A stretch of 62,941 nt of DNA, filler included, from Octopus bimaculoides (lineage: Eukaryota), in the NCBI RefSeq assembly GCF_001194135.2. It is 8 parts of 7 records of this genome, joined end to end, with 100 filler letters (N's around TTAATTAATTAA, not from the genome) between each part and the next. Parts side by side here need not be neighbours in the genome. Positions count along the whole stretch, not along the records: positions 46,362 to 62,941 come from NC_069003.1; 7 more parts are not named here. One strand, given 5' to 3'. The position numbers and the translations under genes are program-made. The notes below the pieces were generated by a model. It was not told where the DNA came from. It was given only the letters and a program-made list of their open reading frames with translations, and did no database searches. The stretch's first letter is position 1; each line of letters opens with the position of its first letter. This document shows, piece by piece, positions 60,831 through 62,941 of the stretch.

Positions 60831-61652
60831 GTCCTACACCGCCAACCACCAAAATACTACGCAGTGAGAGTTGTTTGTAAAATCTCAGCTACATCATAAA
60901 CACTTCAGTGGGTAGGACAGCAACCTGAACAGAAAGTAAGTTAAGACGGTGAACCGTTCGGGTGAGTCACTCTGCGATGTTGGTGACATAATTAGGAGCT
61001 TCAATAAGTTCGAATTACACAGTTACAGCTAATGGAAGAACTTGCCACAGTTACGAGTTCTACTTGAAACAAAGGGATTGCCACCTCCGCCACTGCCACC
61101 CTCTCTGTCTTTCTCTCTCTCTGTCTTTCTCTCTCTCTGTCTATCAATCTATCACTTTCTCACATTTTCTCTTTCTCTTTCATTCACTTACTCGATCTTT
61201 TTCTCCCTCTCTTGCATTCATTGTCCCCCCTTCCATATGTGAACCAGTTTGATATTCCTTGTATTCTTATTATAATCCAACAGATATGAATGTCTACAGT
61301 TATTCGCAATATATAAATTTCCTCGTATGTGCGTGTGTGTTTGTGTGTGTGTGAGTGTGTGTGAATTATGTGTATTTGAATTAATGAGTAGTTGCTGTGT
61401 GTGTGTGTGTATGTTTTTGTATGCATATGAGTGTGTGCTTGTGTGCCTGTATGTGCCTGTATATGGCAGATGGCTGTATAAGTTATGTGTACAGACTAAA
61501 TAGCATTATACGACATTGAAAACTAAACACAACGTGTACAGAATGAGGTGCTATATATATGCCCAATATGAAGGATGGGGTACTATATATGTCATGTGTC
61601 CTATATATGTTTCAAACCCCGAAGCGGAGGCTGCAGGCCCCATTGAAAAGAA

Positions 61653-62140
61653 ATACGAGGGGCGAAAGTCAATTCAAACAAGATGGTAGTCTTACAGCTC
61701 AGTACTAGGTGAGGAAGGCATTACAGGCGGACAGCGTCGTATGGCTTTGGACCAACAGTCCAGTCAGACTTCTCAGGACTTGGTTCGGTCCCGTCCTCCA
61801 ATTGCTCCAAAACTCAATTGAGATAAGGAGAAGAATAGCTAGTCTTACTCAGAAGCGGGCCAAAGAAAAGCAATCCTTGAACATTCGAGCAGAAACATCG
61901 AACCAACGTCGTATCTATTATTGTTTACAACCTGACCGTTGTACTTTGCCTTATTCGCCGTCTGGTCAGATGGCATTTGTTCTTTGGTTTCTTTTGGAAG
62001 AAATGCGTTGCACTGTGGTCAGGCGATCAATCTGCTACAAGTACCCTGGACTAGACATAGCGTGACTACTGATACGAAGACAGCGTGGCTATTGAATTCC
62101 CTGCAGAGATTCCATCGTACAGTTCGTAAGGCACATCTTT
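61653..62140 (+). mobile_element. Highly decayed mariner-like remnant
   Basis: TACGAGGGG TIR-like start and LPYSP-like motif; otherwise degenerate. Confidence 0.4.
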
Positions 62141-62685
62141 TCGCCGCCTGAAACAACGATCGTGTTTTTTTCCATTTTCTTTTTTGTTTTGTTTTTCATA
62201 CAACAAATCATTTCTATTCAAAATTGTCGTTGACACACAGTTACCTCCTCTTTGAATCATCGCGAACAAAATAAACCAGCTTCTTTCCAGGACAAAAAAA
62301 AAAATGCAAAAAAAAAAACCAAGCAAACTCGAATATTAATGAATTCATAACATACAGATTATAGAAGATGAAAACTAAATGCATAAATAAATAAATAAAT
62401 AATGACATTTTAGAAAAACAAACTTAGCATAACAGACATATTTGACAGCAGTAACAACAACATCAAAGACGACGACGACGACGACGATTCGGACAGCACA
62501 CACATATCAAAATGAAAACGAGGCGAATAATAGTCACATTTCATTATTTGCAGGCGTTCTAAGAAGAAATCCTTTGACAGGAAGCATCTCACAGAACGGA
62601 CAGACGCGTGGGAGCATTTCGTTCTTAAAAAATGTCCCCGGCCTACCAGAATCTATCACAGAGTTGTGAGAGAGAGAAGGGGATG

Positions 62686-62941
62686 TGTAACGTTCCGATG
62701 CCTTGCCAAGGCCGCGAGGACTCTTGTTGTCCGATGCTAAGGAACGATTGGAGAGACAGCACTCGTAGACACATCAAATGGAATCTCCTTTATTGAAAAA
62801 GGGAGGTATGTGGTACCGAATGCATTCCCTTTAAAGCAGACGACAGAAATGGAGACACCTTCCCATTAACTAGTCCCGTAGTAATTGCGCAGACGAAACA
62901 AAGGGTCCCAACGATTATAGCGGACGGAGGTAAACGACATG
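62686..62941 (-). mobile_element. Probable LTR end (retrotransposon), runs off the window
   Basis: TGTAACG terminus; AATAAA on the minus strand at 62789-62794, about 100 nt before the ..TTACA end; abrupt GC-content change. Confidence 0.45.

Noticed and set aside
1-62941. CRISPR arrays, rRNA genes, telomeric repeats, prokaryotic operons
   Set aside because: None seen; the sequence is intron-rich eukaryotic DNA

Overview
Eukaryotic, AT-rich, repeat-dense draft-assembly DNA with many N gaps. The SINE families, microsatellite density and gene architecture point to an octopus or other coleoid genome (inference). The only confidently supported protein-coding gene is a choline/ethanolamine kinase (CHKA/CHKB-like) on the minus strand. 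Six internal exons (38010-37782, 34973-34840, 32333-32226, 30285-30227, 24633-24549, 23664-23556) splice in frame with GT-AG junctions and carry the CHNDLQEGN Brenner motif and the IDWEY choline-kinase motif. Its first and last exons were not found. The six exons lie in a strongly CpG-depleted block bounded by two artificial TTAATTAATTAA-marked scaffold joins. There is one intact-looking tRNA-Val(AAC) at 57457-57385 on the minus strand. The rest is decayed mobile DNA: a Chapaev3-like transposase, two mariners, a DD37D (maT) element, tandem Tx1/L1-type LINEs, a Dong/R4 LINE next to (TAA)n, RTE fragments, hAT and Sola-like MITEs, a probable LTR end and several tRNA-derived SINE families. The most interesting signals are RNA-structural. 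Minimal type-I hammerhead ribozyme motifs with palindromic helix III occur at 46472-46535 (+, near-perfect), 24126-24171 (-, in the tail of a tRNA-headed SINE within a kinase intron) and 6594-6686 (+, degenerate). The kinase introns also contain a pri-miRNA-like hairpin and several long inverted repeats. No previously undescribed protein system is evident.
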